Assembly: GCA_963755125.1 (NCBI GenBank)
Contig: CAVWIP010000016.1
Location: forward strand, 32,001 to 96,000
Source of the DNA: an uncultured delta proteobacterium
Lineage (GTDB): Bacteria; Myxococcota_A; Polyangia; Fen-1088
DNA: 64,000 bases
Direction: 5' to 3'
Below, piece by piece: positions 19,086-29,022 of this stretch (position 1 is its first letter; each line of letters begins with the position of its first letter). The notes under the pieces are model-generated. The model saw only the letters and a list, made by a program, of their open reading frames with translations. It was not told the DNA's origin and did not search any database. The translations under genes and the position numbers were made by a program.

Positions 19086-19102
19086 TCGTCTCCTCGGTGA
19101 GA

Positions 19103-19978
19103 TCACAGCCGCGCTTTCAGCACGGTCAGGATCATGCGCGTCGCGGGCGACTGGTTCAGCGTGTAGAAGTGTACCCCGGGCGCGCCGCCCAGGAGCAAAT
19201 CCACGCACTGAGCGGTTGCCTGGGCCACACCGAGTTGGGCCACGGCTGCCTTGTCAGCGCGGCGTCTTTCCAGCTCGGCCCGCAAGACAGCCGGGATGCT
19301 GGCGCCGCACATCTGGGTCATGCGCTGAATCTGCGCCACGTCGGTGATGGGCATGATGCCAGGGATGATGGGCACGGTGATGCCGGCCGCGCGGGTGCGC
19401 GCCACAAAGTCGAAATAGAAGCGGTTGTCGAAGAAGAGTTGGGTGATGATGAAATCCACGCCGGCGCGCACCTTGGTCACAAGGTGCTGCATGTCGAGCG
19501 CCAGGTCGCGACACTGGGGGTGGCCCTCGGGATAGCCCGCGCCGGCCAGGCACAAGCGCTGACCGTAGCGCTGCCGGATGAAGGCCACCAGATCCGAGGC
19601 GTGCGCGAAGCCGCCGGGCGGCGCCGCGAAGTTGTTCGCACCGGCGGGTGGATCGCCGCGCAGGGGGATCAGGTTCTCGATTCCGCCGTCGACAAGACGA
19701 TCGATCAGCGCCGCGACCTCGGCCTGGCCGGACGCGATCCCGGTCAGGTGGGCCATGGCGAGGAGGCCGTGCTCGTGCTGGACGCGGGTCACCAGATCGA
19801 CCGTGCGATCGATGGTCGAACCGCCGGCGCCGTAGGTGACCGAGACGAAAGCCGGGGCGAGGTCGGTCAGCTCGGCCAGGGTGTGTTGCAGGGTCGCGAC
19901 GCCCGCCTCGGTCTTGGGAGGATAGACCTCGAACGAAAAAAGCGGGTGGCCTTTGCCGAAGAGTTCACGAATCTTCAT
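19103..19978 (-). CDS. metF: 5,10-methylenetetrahydrofolate reductase
   Basis: FSFEVYPPK, SVTYGAGGST, LRGDPP, AGYPEGHP, ITQLFFD, HFYTLN. Confidence 0.96.
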   Translation of the reverse strand: MKIRELFGKGHPLFSFEVYPPKTEAGVATLQHTLAELTDLAPAFVSVTYGAGGSTIDRTVDLVTRVQHEHGLLAMAHLTGIASGQAEVAALIDRLVDGGIENLIPLRGDPPAGANNFAAPPGGFAHASDLVAFIRQRYGQRLCLAGAGYPEGHPQCRDLALDMQHLVTKVRAGVDFIITQLFFDNRFYFDFVARTRAAGITVPIIPGIMPITDVAQIQRMTQMCGASIPAVLRAELERRRADKAAVAQLGVAQATAQCVDLLLGGAPGVHFYTLNQSPATRMILTVLKARL

Positions 19979-19986
19979 AAGTATTT

Positions 19987-21057
19987 CTAGTCGCGCGCAC
20001 CGGCGCCCTCGCCCAGCCGTTCCAGCCTGGCAACCGCCGTCTCGGCGTCAATCACGATGGTCTCGCCCCGTCGTTCCGGTGCTTCGAACATCACCTCGTG
20101 ACAGATCTCCTCGACCAGGGCGCGCAGCGTGCGAGCGCCGGTCTTGCGCCGCAAGCAGAACTGCACCACTTCGCGCAGCGCCTGCTCCTCGAAGCGCAGG
20201 TCCACGCCGTCCATCTTGAGCAAGGCCTGATACTCGCGCACCACGGAGTCCGGCGGCACGGTCAGGATCTGGAAGAGATCGTCTTGTGACAGGGGGTCCA
20301 GCTCGACCCGCACGGGAATCCGGCCGAGAAACTCGGCCAGCAGGCCGTAGTCGAGCAACTCCTTCTCGGTGATGGGGGACTGGCGCCGGCCATCCACGCC
20401 CGCCTGGCCGAACCCGACCGCGCGGCTTTCCTGGTACAGGCGCAAGTCGGTGAAGGTCCCCGCGGCGATGAACAGAATGTCCTGGGTGTCGACCACGGTG
20501 AAGTCGTGCTTGTTCCAGTGCTGGGTCAGGTTCTGTGGAACGAAGACCTCGCGGCCCTCCAGCAGCTTGAGCAGGCCCTGCTGGACTCCTTCGCCACCGA
20601 TGTCGCGCGCCCCCGCGCCGGTGCGCGCGCTGTGCGTGCGGCGGGCGATCTTGTCGACCTCGTCGATGAACACGATTCCCCGCTGCGCCTCCTGCACGTC
20701 CTGGCCACACTTGTGCAGCAGCTCGGCGATCATCACCTCGACGTCCTTGCCGTAGTAGCCGGCCTCGGTGTACTCGGTCGCGTCTGCCACGGCAAAGGGC
20801 ACGTCGAGGAATTCGGCCAGGGTGCGCGCGATGTGGGTCTTGCCACAGCCGGTGGGGCCGATGAGCAGCAGGTTCGACTTCTTGATGAGACGCTTGCCGG
20901 CCGTGCTCTTGTGCTCGCAGCGTTTGAGGTGATTGTAGGCCGCGATGGCCACCATCCGCTTGGCGCGGTTCTGGCCGATCACATGGCGGTCCAGATATGC
21001 GACGATCTCTCGCGGGGTGGGCAGCAGGTTCTCGGCAGCTCGGGGCGACGTCTTCAT
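19987..21057 (-). CDS. clpX: ClpX-like AAA+ ATPase lacking the N-terminal zinc-binding domain
   Basis: KSNLLLIGPTGCGKT, DATEYTEAGYYGKDVE, FIDEVDKI, RDIGGEGVQQGLLKLLEG, VGF loop. Confidence 0.85.
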   Translation of the reverse strand: MKTSPRAAENLLPTPREIVAYLDRHVIGQNRAKRMVAIAAYNHLKRCEHKSTAGKRLIKKSNLLLIGPTGCGKTHIARTLAEFLDVPFAVADATEYTEAGYYGKDVEVMIAELLHKCGQDVQEAQRGIVFIDEVDKIARRTHSARTGAGARDIGGEGVQQGLLKLLEGREVFVPQNLTQHWNKHDFTVVDTQDILFIAAGTFTDLRLYQESRAVGFGQAGVDGRRQSPITEKELLDYGLLAEFLGRIPVRVELDPLSQDDLFQILTVPPDSVVREYQALLKMDGVDLRFEEQALREVVQFCLRRKTGARTLRALVEEICHEVMFEAPERRGETIVIDAETAVARLERLGEGAGARD

Positions 21058-21118
21058 CGCGGCGGAGCATCGCACGCCTGCGCGGACTCCGCCAAAGTGC
21101 GGGTCTAAGTGGGCGGAT

Positions 21119-21658
21119 TCACTGGTAGTACTCTAATTGCCCGGCGTCGTTGACCCGGATGTTACGGTGCCGGTGAGCCCCGGTGAAGCGCTCGATCTCG
21201 CGAACCCAGTCGGAATCGGGGTAGTGGTTCACCATCTGCTCTGCCTCGCCGCGCGCCTCGGACGAGGCGCCCTGGCTGGCCAGCGCGTGGATCAGGATGG
21301 ACGTGCGTTCCGGGGCATCGGATGTGTCCGGAAAGCGCTTGTTGCCATCGCGGGCAAGCTCGATGGCAGCGGCGGGATTGCCGTCCTTGATGCTGCGAAG
21401 CCGCGCCATGAGCTGAGTCTCGCCGAGTGGACCCGAGGGAGCAGACGACGAAACCACGGGCACCAGTGCCGGCGGGCGAGGCCTGGGGACCGCGGCCGCC
21501 GGTTTGACCGGCGCGGAGGATTCAGGCGCGTTCTCCTGCGCCGACTCGCCGGGCTTGGGCTGGTCACACCGGCGAGCGGCCGTCACCAAGGCAACGGCCG
21601 CAACGCCGCCAACGATCAAGGCTCGAACCGCCAATTTCTTCTTGGACCTCTCATTCAT
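21119..21658 (-). CDS. Membrane-anchored hypothetical protein with a TPR-like C-terminus
   Basis: N-terminal TM, Pro-rich linker and helical AAAIELAR...FP...EARGEAEQMVNHYP; overlaps the GH5 stop. Confidence 0.65.
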   Translation of the reverse strand: MNERSKKKLAVRALIVGGVAAVALVTAARRCDQPKPGESAQENAPESSAPVKPAAAVPRPRPPALVPVVSSSAPSGPLGETQLMARLRSIKDGNPAAAIELARDGNKRFPDTSDAPERTSILIHALASQGASSEARGEAEQMVNHYPDSDWVREIERFTGAHRHRNIRVNDAGQLEYYQ

Positions 21659-23292
21659 CAGGGACAGCTATTGATTGTCGCGGTCTGCGCCGTGTAGAGG
21701 TTCTGCATCGGCGTCTGCATGTCCGGCCAAGGCCAGTCTGAATCGTAGGACCATGCCCACGCGCCATCGTAGCCATTGGAAAAGATCTTTGTGTACAAGT
21801 CGTTCAGCGCGGTGCCATCGGTGGCGGCGGCCGCGAACTCACCCATGACGAGTTTCTTGTCCAAGGCCCAGTGGGAAGCCGGGTACGTGAAACACGAATC
21901 GGAGGCGCCGTTCGATGTGTAGTAGTGGACCTCGTAGAAGTCGAGGGTTCCGTTCGTCTTCCCGCCCGCCGCGACCAACTGCGAATCCGAGTAGTAGTTG
22001 GTCTTGCCACTCGCATTCGAGCAGTAGTCGAAGGTCTGGGAGCCATTGGTGACGAGCACGTTCGGATCAGCCGCGTGAATCGCCGCTGCAAACCAGTTCA
22101 CGGTCTTTTGAATGTACGCTTCCGTGGTCCTGGTTCCCGAGGTTGTCCAACCGTTCTGACCCATGCCCTCTGGCTCGTTGAAGATTTCGTAGGAGTACAA
22201 GCCGGGAGTGCCCTTGAGCGCGGTGACCAGCGGAGTGAGGTAGTTGGTGATGTAGGCTTGGCGGTTGGTGTCGTTCGACAGCAGGGCGGCGTTGTTTGCC
22301 AAGGTCGTTGCCGAAATACTCTCGCCGCCCTGGAGCATGTCGAACGACCACAGGCTGATGTTGACGGCCACCTTGTTGGTAGCCGCGGCATTGAGGATGG
22401 CCTTGACGCCGGCGGTGTGGGACGCGGGAAGCTGCACAGCCAGGCCACTCGAGTCGTAGCCAGGGGTCACGGTTCCGTTGGTGTGGAACCACCAACGGAT
22501 CACGCGCCCGCCGGCAGCGTAGGTGTTGCTGAAAATAGTATTGAACGTGGTGAGGTTCGGGTTGGGGACGTCATTGGCGAAGTTGACCCAGGCCACGTTC
22601 AAGCCGCTGGCGAAGGTGCAGACGCCAGGACTGCTGGTCGATCCTCCTGCGCTGGTGGAACCGCCCGCGACCGTGGTGCCTCCGCTGCTCGTCGAGCCGC
22701 CAGCCCTGCCCCCGCTTGCCGTAGTTCCCCCGGCGCTGGTGGTGCCGCCTGCGCCACCCCTGCCCCCGGCTGCCGTGGTTCCTCCGGCGCTCGTGGTGCC
22801 GCCTGCGCCACCCCTGCCTCCGCTGCTCGTGGAACCACCAGGGCTTGTCGCGCCAGCCGTGGCAGTCGCACCGGCCGAGCCACTGGTTCCGCCTTCCGCG
22901 GTCGACCCGCCCGCGGCTGTCGCGCCTCCACCGGGAGATCCACCCTCCGCGCCTGTGGTCCCTCCCGATCGGGTGGTTCCGCCCGAGCTGGTGCTGCCAC
23001 CAGAACTGGTCGAGGCCGTCGTGCTGCCACCAGAACTGGTCGAGGCCGCCGTGCTGCCGCCAGCGCTGGTCGAGGCCGCCGTGCTGCCGCCCGAAACGGT
23101 CGAGCCGCCTGCGCCTGTCGCGCTCGTCGAGCCGGTGGTTCCCGCGGTGCTGTGGCTGGTGGCCGCGGTAGTCCCGCCGGTGTTCCCGGTACTGCCGCCA
23201 GCGGCGTCGGCCTTGCCGGTCTCATTCTCACTGCTGGAACAAGCGCCAATGCTCAGGCTCAGGATCGCGACGAACAAAAGTTGCTTCTTCAT
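21658..23292 (-). CDS. Lipoprotein glycoside hydrolase family 5 (beta-mannanase-like) with a long Gly/Thr/Ser linker
   Basis: IGAC lipobox; SGLNVAW, LWSFD, YEIFNEPEG (acid/base), DFYEVHYY, VMGEF (nucleophile), GAWAW. Confidence 0.85.
   Translation of the reverse strand: MKKQLLFVAILSLSIGACSSSENETGKADAAGGSTGNTGGTTAATSHSTAGTTGSTSATGAGGSTVSGGSTAASTSAGGSTAASTSSGGSTTASTSSGGSTSSGGTTRSGGTTGAEGGSPGGGATAAGGSTAEGGTSGSAGATATAGATSPGGSTSSGGRGGAGGTTSAGGTTAAGGRGGAGGTTSAGGTTASGGRAGGSTSSGGTTVAGGSTSAGGSTSSPGVCTFASGLNVAWVNFANDVPNPNLTTFNTIFSNTYAAGGRVIRWWFHTNGTVTPGYDSSGLAVQLPASHTAGVKAILNAAATNKVAVNISLWSFDMLQGGESISATTLANNAALLSNDTNRQAYITNYLTPLVTALKGTPGLYSYEIFNEPEGMGQNGWTTSGTRTTEAYIQKTVNWFAAAIHAADPNVLVTNGSQTFDYCSNASGKTNYYSDSQLVAAGGKTNGTLDFYEVHYYTSNGASDSCFTYPASHWALDKKLVMGEFAAAATDGTALNDLYTKIFSNGYDGAWAWSYDSDWPWPDMQTPMQNLYTAQTATINSCP
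22640..23180. repeat. Coding low-complexity repeats (30-nt STAASTSxGG and 54-nt GGRGGAGGTTSAGGTTA units)
   Basis: Imperfect direct repeats within the GH5 linker. Confidence 0.75.
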
Positions 23293-23429
23293 GGCTCCTC
23301 CGAAAAGACAGAAGTCGACAAGACTTGAAAAGGGAATGAAAGCACAAAACCCGGCCAAAAAGCCCGCACTATCGAAAAAAATCCACATCCGAACAGGGGG
23401 TAGCCTGGCGGCAGCGCCGCATCAGGATG

Positions 23430-25373
23430 TCAGTACGCAACAATCTCGTCGACCGCCAGCCCGGCGGTCGGCGACTGGTCCTCGATCAGCAACACGACCG
23501 ACCGGCCGACAAGATCGCTTGTGTCCCAGTCGACCACAGCGGCAGCGCCCGTCGGTGATGCCGTGCACACGAGCTTGCTCTGGTCGAGCAGAGCCACGCG
23601 CAGCGCCGGATCAACAGGACCGGACAGCGCGAAACGCAGGTGCGCCCGGTCAACCGTGAAGGGCGCGGAACGCAACGCCCCTTGCGCAGCCGGGCCCAGC
23701 CGGCTGGAATCCGCAGCGAAACGGCCGTACATCCCAGGAGGCGCGGGTGCGGGTCCGTTCCCGAAGGCTTCACCCTCGGCGACGAAGATCTGCCATGTGC
23801 CGGTTTCAAAGTCGGCCAGACGGCGTGCTTCGTCCGGCAAGGGTGGCGGTGCCAAAGTGGGAACCAGCAGCGCGCTGGGAGAAGTCTCGGCGCCGGCGAA
23901 CATGCGCACCGAATCCACGCCCTCGCGCAGCGGCTGCCAGACATGGTAGCGCGAATCGACAAAGGGAAACTCACCCGGCAAGGTCTTCCAGTCCAGCACG
24001 ATGGCCGAGAAAAACTGGTCCCGCAGCGCCTGATCCAGTCCTTGGGGCCGTCCCAGGCCCGCGCTCACGTCGCGCACGCCCATGCGGTGGACGAAGGTCC
24101 GCTTGCCCACCAGCGCGCCATAGTAGGTGTGAAAGGGAATGAAGAGATCGCCCGGCACGCTAGCCAGGCGATCGAGCAGGCGCCCGGCGGCCAGATAGTC
24201 GGACGGCCGGGGAAGATACGTCGCAAGTTTCGGGCGCGGGATGTGCTGATTCTGCCAGGCCAAGCCTAGCAGGACCGCGCAGGTCGGCACCACGAAAAGC
24301 CATCGCCGGCTGTCGAGACCGTGCAGCAGCATCCGTCCCGACAGCACGGATGCGGCCAGCACGGGAAAGAAGACCGCCGGAATGTAGGCGTTGCTGAACG
24401 CCCATTGCGTCGAGAATCCAACCGCGGCAGCCACCTCGCCAGCCAGCGCCGCCACCCACAGGATGATGTCGTCCCGGCGCAGCCTGCGGCCGCAAGCCAA
24501 AGCCACGGTGGCGACGATCAGCGCCGCAAAAACCGGCCAGAGATGCTTGAGCGTGTCCGGCACCACCTTGGCAAAGACCACGCCCCAACGGTAGCCGTGG
24601 CTCTGATGCAGCTTGAAGATGTACGTCCAGAACCAACCGCCCGAGGTCTTCACCAGAAGACCGATCCCCGCTGCCAGGGCCGCCGCCGCCGCGGCGCCAT
24701 AGACTAGAGCGCGCCGCCAGTTGACCATGAGCAAGCCCACGCCCAGACCCACGCCGATGATGCTCGCGGTCTGCTTGCTGAAGAATGCCGCCGCCATCAC
24801 CAGGCCCGCGGCCGCCGCGCTTTTCCAACCCTCACCGCGCAAGACCAGCCACAAGACCAGCGCTTCCAATGCCAGCAACAAGCTGTCCGAGCGCACCAGA
24901 TCGAAGAAGCCGCCGGTAAAGGCGAAAGCCGCCATCACCGCTGCGGCGCCGGCCACGCCGACCAGCCCGGCCAAAAGGCGCCGGGCCCGCGCCAGAGCGC
25001 GCGCCTCGCCCGCCACCAGCGCAACCAGCAGCACCAGCGCACTGAAGAAGGCCAGCAGCGAAACCACCCGCCCGAGCAAATACCCGAGAGGAAACACGAA
25101 CGACAGCAGGGCCAGCAGCGCCGGATACAGCGGCGTGTAGAGATAGGGAATGAAATCCAGCGATGGCTTGACGTAGATGCCCTGCCCTGCCGCGATCCGC
25201 TGCGCGTGTACCAGCATGCCGCCTTCCATCCACTCGAGGTCCAGGGGGAAGCCGGCGCGGCCCGCGAACAGGCGCAAGTGCCAGCCCAGTTGCACCAGCG
25301 CCGGCACGGTCGCGACGACCAGCGCGACCACCAGCAAGGCGCCGATCAGTCTGTCCCTGGTCCTTGCAGTCAT
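23430..25373 (-). CDS. GT-C-like polytopic membrane protein with a C-terminal beta-domain
   Basis: DLEWMEGG, YLYTPLYP, DLVRSDSL, FSKQT; C-terminal ADFETG...GALRSAPF...WDTSDLVGR. Confidence 0.72.
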   Translation of the reverse strand: MTARTRDRLIGALLVVALVVATVPALVQLGWHLRLFAGRAGFPLDLEWMEGGMLVHAQRIAAGQGIYVKPSLDFIPYLYTPLYPALLALLSFVFPLGYLLGRVVSLLAFFSALVLLVALVAGEARALARARRLLAGLVGVAGAAAVMAAFAFTGGFFDLVRSDSLLLALEALVLWLVLRGEGWKSAAAAGLVMAAAFFSKQTASIIGVGLGVGLLMVNWRRALVYGAAAAAALAAGIGLLVKTSGGWFWTYIFKLHQSHGYRWGVVFAKVVPDTLKHLWPVFAALIVATVALACGRRLRRDDIILWVAALAGEVAAAVGFSTQWAFSNAYIPAVFFPVLAASVLSGRMLLHGLDSRRWLFVVPTCAVLLGLAWQNQHIPRPKLATYLPRPSDYLAAGRLLDRLASVPGDLFIPFHTYYGALVGKRTFVHRMGVRDVSAGLGRPQGLDQALRDQFFSAIVLDWKTLPGEFPFVDSRYHVWQPLREGVDSVRMFAGAETSPSALLVPTLAPPPLPDEARRLADFETGTWQIFVAEGEAFGNGPAPAPPGMYGRFAADSSRLGPAAQGALRSAPFTVDRAHLRFALSGPVDPALRVALLDQSKLVCTASPTGAAAVVDWDTSDLVGRSVVLLIEDQSPTAGLAVDEIVAY

Positions 25374-25376
25374 CGG

Positions 25377-27725
25377 CTACCCTCGCAGCGACACGACGCT
25401 GACCCCGTCGCCGCCCTCGCCCTTGCCGCCCGGCCGGAAGCGCTCGACATAGGGCGAGGTTGCCAGGTACTCGCGCACGACCTTGCGAAGCGCGCCGGTG
25501 CCGTGGCCGTGGATGACGAACACGGTGTCGGCGCCCTCCAGGGCGGTGCGGTCGAGAAACGTCTCCAGCTCGCCCAGGGCTTCGTCAGCGCGCTGGCCGC
25601 GCAAGTCCAGCGTGTTGGCGCGGCTCTGCATGGACTCGGGCTCGTCTGGCTGCTCGCCGGCCTTGCCGAACGACGTGCTGGCCTTCTTGCTGGTCGCGGA
25701 CACGCCCAGCGCTCGACTGGCCAGGGCCTGGCGTAGCCTGTCCACGTCGAGCGGCGGCGCCTCGGGCAGCGATGCGGTGGTCTCCTTGGCCTTGCGTTCG
25801 AGCGCGACCCGCGCCGCCTCCACCGCCTGTGCCGTCCGCGTGCGCTTGGCCTCGCGCACGATCTCGGCGATGGCATCGCGCGCCTCCCGCACCGCCGCGT
25901 CGATGGCCTCGCGCGAGCGCACGGCCAATTCGCGCTCGCGCCGACTGAGGGCGGCGGCCGCCGCCTGCGACGCATCGGCCTGCGCGTAGAGATCCTGCTT
26001 GGCTTGCTCCAGCTCGCTCCGCGCCGTCTCCAGCGCCTGGTTCGATCGCTCGAGGGTTTGCTCGCGCTCCTGCAGGTTACGCAGCGTCTCTTCCAAACCC
26101 AGGTTGCCCGCGTCCATGAGCACGCGCGCCCGGTCGAGCACGGCTTTCGGCAGCCCGATGCGCGCAGCAATGTCGAAGGCATACGAGCGGCCTGGCACGC
26201 CATCCTTGAGCCGGAAAGTGGGCCGCAGCTTCTGCAGGTCGTATTCCATGCCTGCGTTGCGGAAGCGCGTGTCGGTCTCGGCCATCGCCTTCAGGCTGTC
26301 GAAGTGGGTAGTCACCATCGCCAGGCCGGGCGCATCGGCCAGCACCTCCAGCATGGCCCGCGCCAGCGCCGCACCCTGTTCCGGGTGGGTGCCCACCATC
26401 AGCTCGTCGCAGAGAATCAACAGGTTCTCGTCGCTGGCGGCCTGTGAAAGATCGAGAATGCCCGACAGGTTGGCCAGGTGGGCCGAGAAGGTCGACAGAT
26501 CGCCCATCACCGACTGCTGATCGCCGATGTCGGCCAGCACCTGGTGAAAGAAACCCACCCGGCTTCCCGGCGCGGCCGGCACAGGCAAGCCTGCGCGCGC
26601 CAGCAGCACGGCCAGACCCACTGACTTGAGCAGCACGGTCTTGCCGCCGGCATTGGGTCCGCTGACCACCAGCACCTTGGCCTCGCTGCGGCCCGCGACC
26701 TGGCCCAGCACCACGTCGTTGGGCGTGACCTTCGACCGCGATTCGACCGCGCGCAAGGCAAGCAGCGGGTGGCGCAGCGACTGCAAGTCAACCATGGGCT
26801 GGTCGACGATCTCCACCGACGCGCCGTCGTAGGCCACCGACAGGCGAGCCGCGGCGGCCAAGACGTCGAGCCGCGAGAGAATGTCGCGGTCCTGGCGCAG
26901 CCCCTCCGCAGACTGCGAAACCACCGCGGCGAGTTCTTCCAGGATGCGGCGGCTCTCGCGCCGGATCTCGATCTCGGCCACCTTGAGCCGGTTGTTCAGC
27001 TCGACCAGCGCGGTGGGCTCGACGAACACGGTTTCGCCCGTGCGTGAAGTGTCGTGCACGATGCCGAGGCCCATGGACTTGAACGAGGCGCGCAAAGGCA
27101 GCACGAAGCGATCCTCGCGCAGGGTCACGAACTGATCTTGCAAAAAGGGCGCGTACTCCTCGGACTGCAGCAGCCGGTCAGCCTCGCTGCGCACCCGGGA
27201 CGCCGCCATGTCGCGCTCGCGGCGAAGACGACCCAGATCAGGCGAGGCCCCGTCGCGCAGCTCGCCGGCCGCATCGAAGGTCTCGCGCGCCATGCGGGTG
27301 AGCTCGTCGTGGTAGCCCAGGCCCGCGGCCAGCTTGGACATGCGCGGCGCTTGCACGCGCGGATCCTGGCCGGCGATGCGGCCATAGAAACGGCGTGCAT
27401 TGGCCGCGGTCTCGCAGAAGTCCGCCACCTGGCGCAGCTCCTCGGGCCCGAGCGGCACTCCCTGCGCCACTGCCTGCAGGTGTGCCTCGATCTCGGGAAA
27501 GCCCAGCGCGGGCAACGACTCGCCCAACCGCAACAAGCTCTGCAGCTCACTCACCTCCGCCATGCGCTCGCGTGCCTCGGCCGCTGATTCACACAGGGGC
27601 AAGGCCTGGCACGCCGCCGCTCCGTGGGACGACTGCGCCTGGCTGGCCAGCCGCGCGCACAGCTCGGGCCAGTCGAGAAACTCGCGGTACTGGCGGGCAA
27701 GTGAATCTTGGGCGGGGTGGTTCAT
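25377..27725 (-). CDS. mutS2: MutS2 endonuclease / ribosome-splitting factor
   Basis: GIVHDTSRTGETVFVEP, SGPNAGGKT, DIGDQQS...LSTFSAH, TTHF; C-terminal Smr LDLRG...IHGHGTGALR. Confidence 0.93.
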   Translation of the reverse strand: MNHPAQDSLARQYREFLDWPELCARLASQAQSSHGAAACQALPLCESAAEARERMAEVSELQSLLRLGESLPALGFPEIEAHLQAVAQGVPLGPEELRQVADFCETAANARRFYGRIAGQDPRVQAPRMSKLAAGLGYHDELTRMARETFDAAGELRDGASPDLGRLRRERDMAASRVRSEADRLLQSEEYAPFLQDQFVTLREDRFVLPLRASFKSMGLGIVHDTSRTGETVFVEPTALVELNNRLKVAEIEIRRESRRILEELAAVVSQSAEGLRQDRDILSRLDVLAAAARLSVAYDGASVEIVDQPMVDLQSLRHPLLALRAVESRSKVTPNDVVLGQVAGRSEAKVLVVSGPNAGGKTVLLKSVGLAVLLARAGLPVPAAPGSRVGFFHQVLADIGDQQSVMGDLSTFSAHLANLSGILDLSQAASDENLLILCDELMVGTHPEQGAALARAMLEVLADAPGLAMVTTHFDSLKAMAETDTRFRNAGMEYDLQKLRPTFRLKDGVPGRSYAFDIAARIGLPKAVLDRARVLMDAGNLGLEETLRNLQEREQTLERSNQALETARSELEQAKQDLYAQADASQAAAAALSRRERELAVRSREAIDAAVREARDAIAEIVREAKRTRTAQAVEAARVALERKAKETTASLPEAPPLDVDRLRQALASRALGVSATSKKASTSFGKAGEQPDEPESMQSRANTLDLRGQRADEALGELETFLDRTALEGADTVFVIHGHGTGALRKVVREYLATSPYVERFRPGGKGEGGDGVSVVSLRG

Positions 27726-28993
27726 TTCAAATCATTCGGCTCTGCCAGGGCCTTCCACTCGATCCCATCTATCTCTCCCAGCGTCTTGCCCGCGATGCCT
27801 TGCAGATCCCCATACATGCCCACCGTGGCGTTCATGACCTGCTCGATCTGCTGCTCACGCTTGGCCCAATGCTTGCCAATCGCCTTCTTCTCGCGGTCAA
27901 GATCCTCTCGCATCGAGGAAAATGCCTCCACGATGGCCTGCACTCGCTGCCGAAAAGCGGGGCCGGTCAGGTAGCGGTAGACCATCTCCATCTTGCCCTG
28001 CTGGCCCTCGGTGGCTTTGCGCGCGGCCGCCACCTCGATGAGCGAATAGCGCAGGGCGATCGCGACGGGAAGCACGGCGCGCGGATGGGTCACCCAGACT
28101 CCGTCGACGAAGTCGAAGGTGTCGACGCCCTTGGGAATCACCTGACTGACCAAGACCGAGAACTCGGCTTTGGCGGTGCGCTGGTCAGCGCGCAGCTTGG
28201 CCAGCCAGCCGTCGCTCCAGTTCTTGGTGCGCTTGGATTCCCACAAAATGGTTCCGCAAGCTTGACCCATGGGCCCCACGACCTGTTGGACCACATCGCC
28301 ACCGTGCTCGCCCTTGGGCACGGGCTGGATGGTGTCGCAGGGAAACTTCGTTTTCAGCAACGCCTCGATTTCCAGTTCCTGCACCTCGCCCTGAAGTTGC
28401 TGCGATCCTTGCTCGGCCCTGCGCTTCAGCTCCTGGATGTGCCGCTGCAGGGAGGCGATGGTCTCTTCCTTCTCCATGACCTTGAGGCCGAGTTTCTCCT
28501 CGGCATCCTTGCGCGCCTGCGCGCGCGTGGCCTCCAGCCCTTCCTGTACGCGCTTCTCGACGGTCAACTCGAATTCACGCCGGGCATCGTCCAGCTCACG
28601 CTGCTTGCGCAGCAGATTGGCCTGCGCCTTCTGCGCCTCGGCCAGTTTGTCCTCTCGCTGCTTCAGCACCTCCTGCAGGTCCGCAATCTCCTTTGCCTTC
28701 TGCTCGATGTCGCCCGCCAATGCCAGTTTGGCCCGTTTGGTTGCATCAGCCTCGATCTGGGGACGCGCGCAACGAAGCTTGTCCGCAACCTGCGCGTCGA
28801 TGGCCTCGCGCGCTTTGGCCAGTTCCTCTTCACGCGCGCGCATCGCGGTTTCCCGCTGGGCCATCTCGGCCTGCACGCTGCTCAGCCGCTGCTCGAAGTT
28901 CCGCCGCGTGGCCTCGATGAGCGGCGCGGCCAGCGACTCGGTCAGCTTGATCTCGGTCTGGCAGTTGGGGCAAATGATGGTGGGCTCAGCCAT
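27722..28993 (-). CDS. DUF2130 domain coiled-coil protein
   Basis: IICPNC, QGSQQLQGEVQEL, GTILWESKRTKNWSDGWLAKL. Confidence 0.85.
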   Translation of the reverse strand: MAEPTIICPNCQTEIKLTESLAAPLIEATRRNFEQRLSSVQAEMAQRETAMRAREEELAKAREAIDAQVADKLRCARPQIEADATKRAKLALAGDIEQKAKEIADLQEVLKQREDKLAEAQKAQANLLRKQRELDDARREFELTVEKRVQEGLEATRAQARKDAEEKLGLKVMEKEETIASLQRHIQELKRRAEQGSQQLQGEVQELEIEALLKTKFPCDTIQPVPKGEHGGDVVQQVVGPMGQACGTILWESKRTKNWSDGWLAKLRADQRTAKAEFSVLVSQVIPKGVDTFDFVDGVWVTHPRAVLPVAIALRYSLIEVAAARKATEGQQGKMEMVYRYLTGPAFRQRVQAIVEAFSSMREDLDREKKAIGKHWAKREQQIEQVMNATVGMYGDLQGIAGKTLGEIDGIEWKALAEPNDLK

Positions 28994-29022
28994 GGCGATG
29001 CCTTCCGGCTTTGGTTTTCTCC

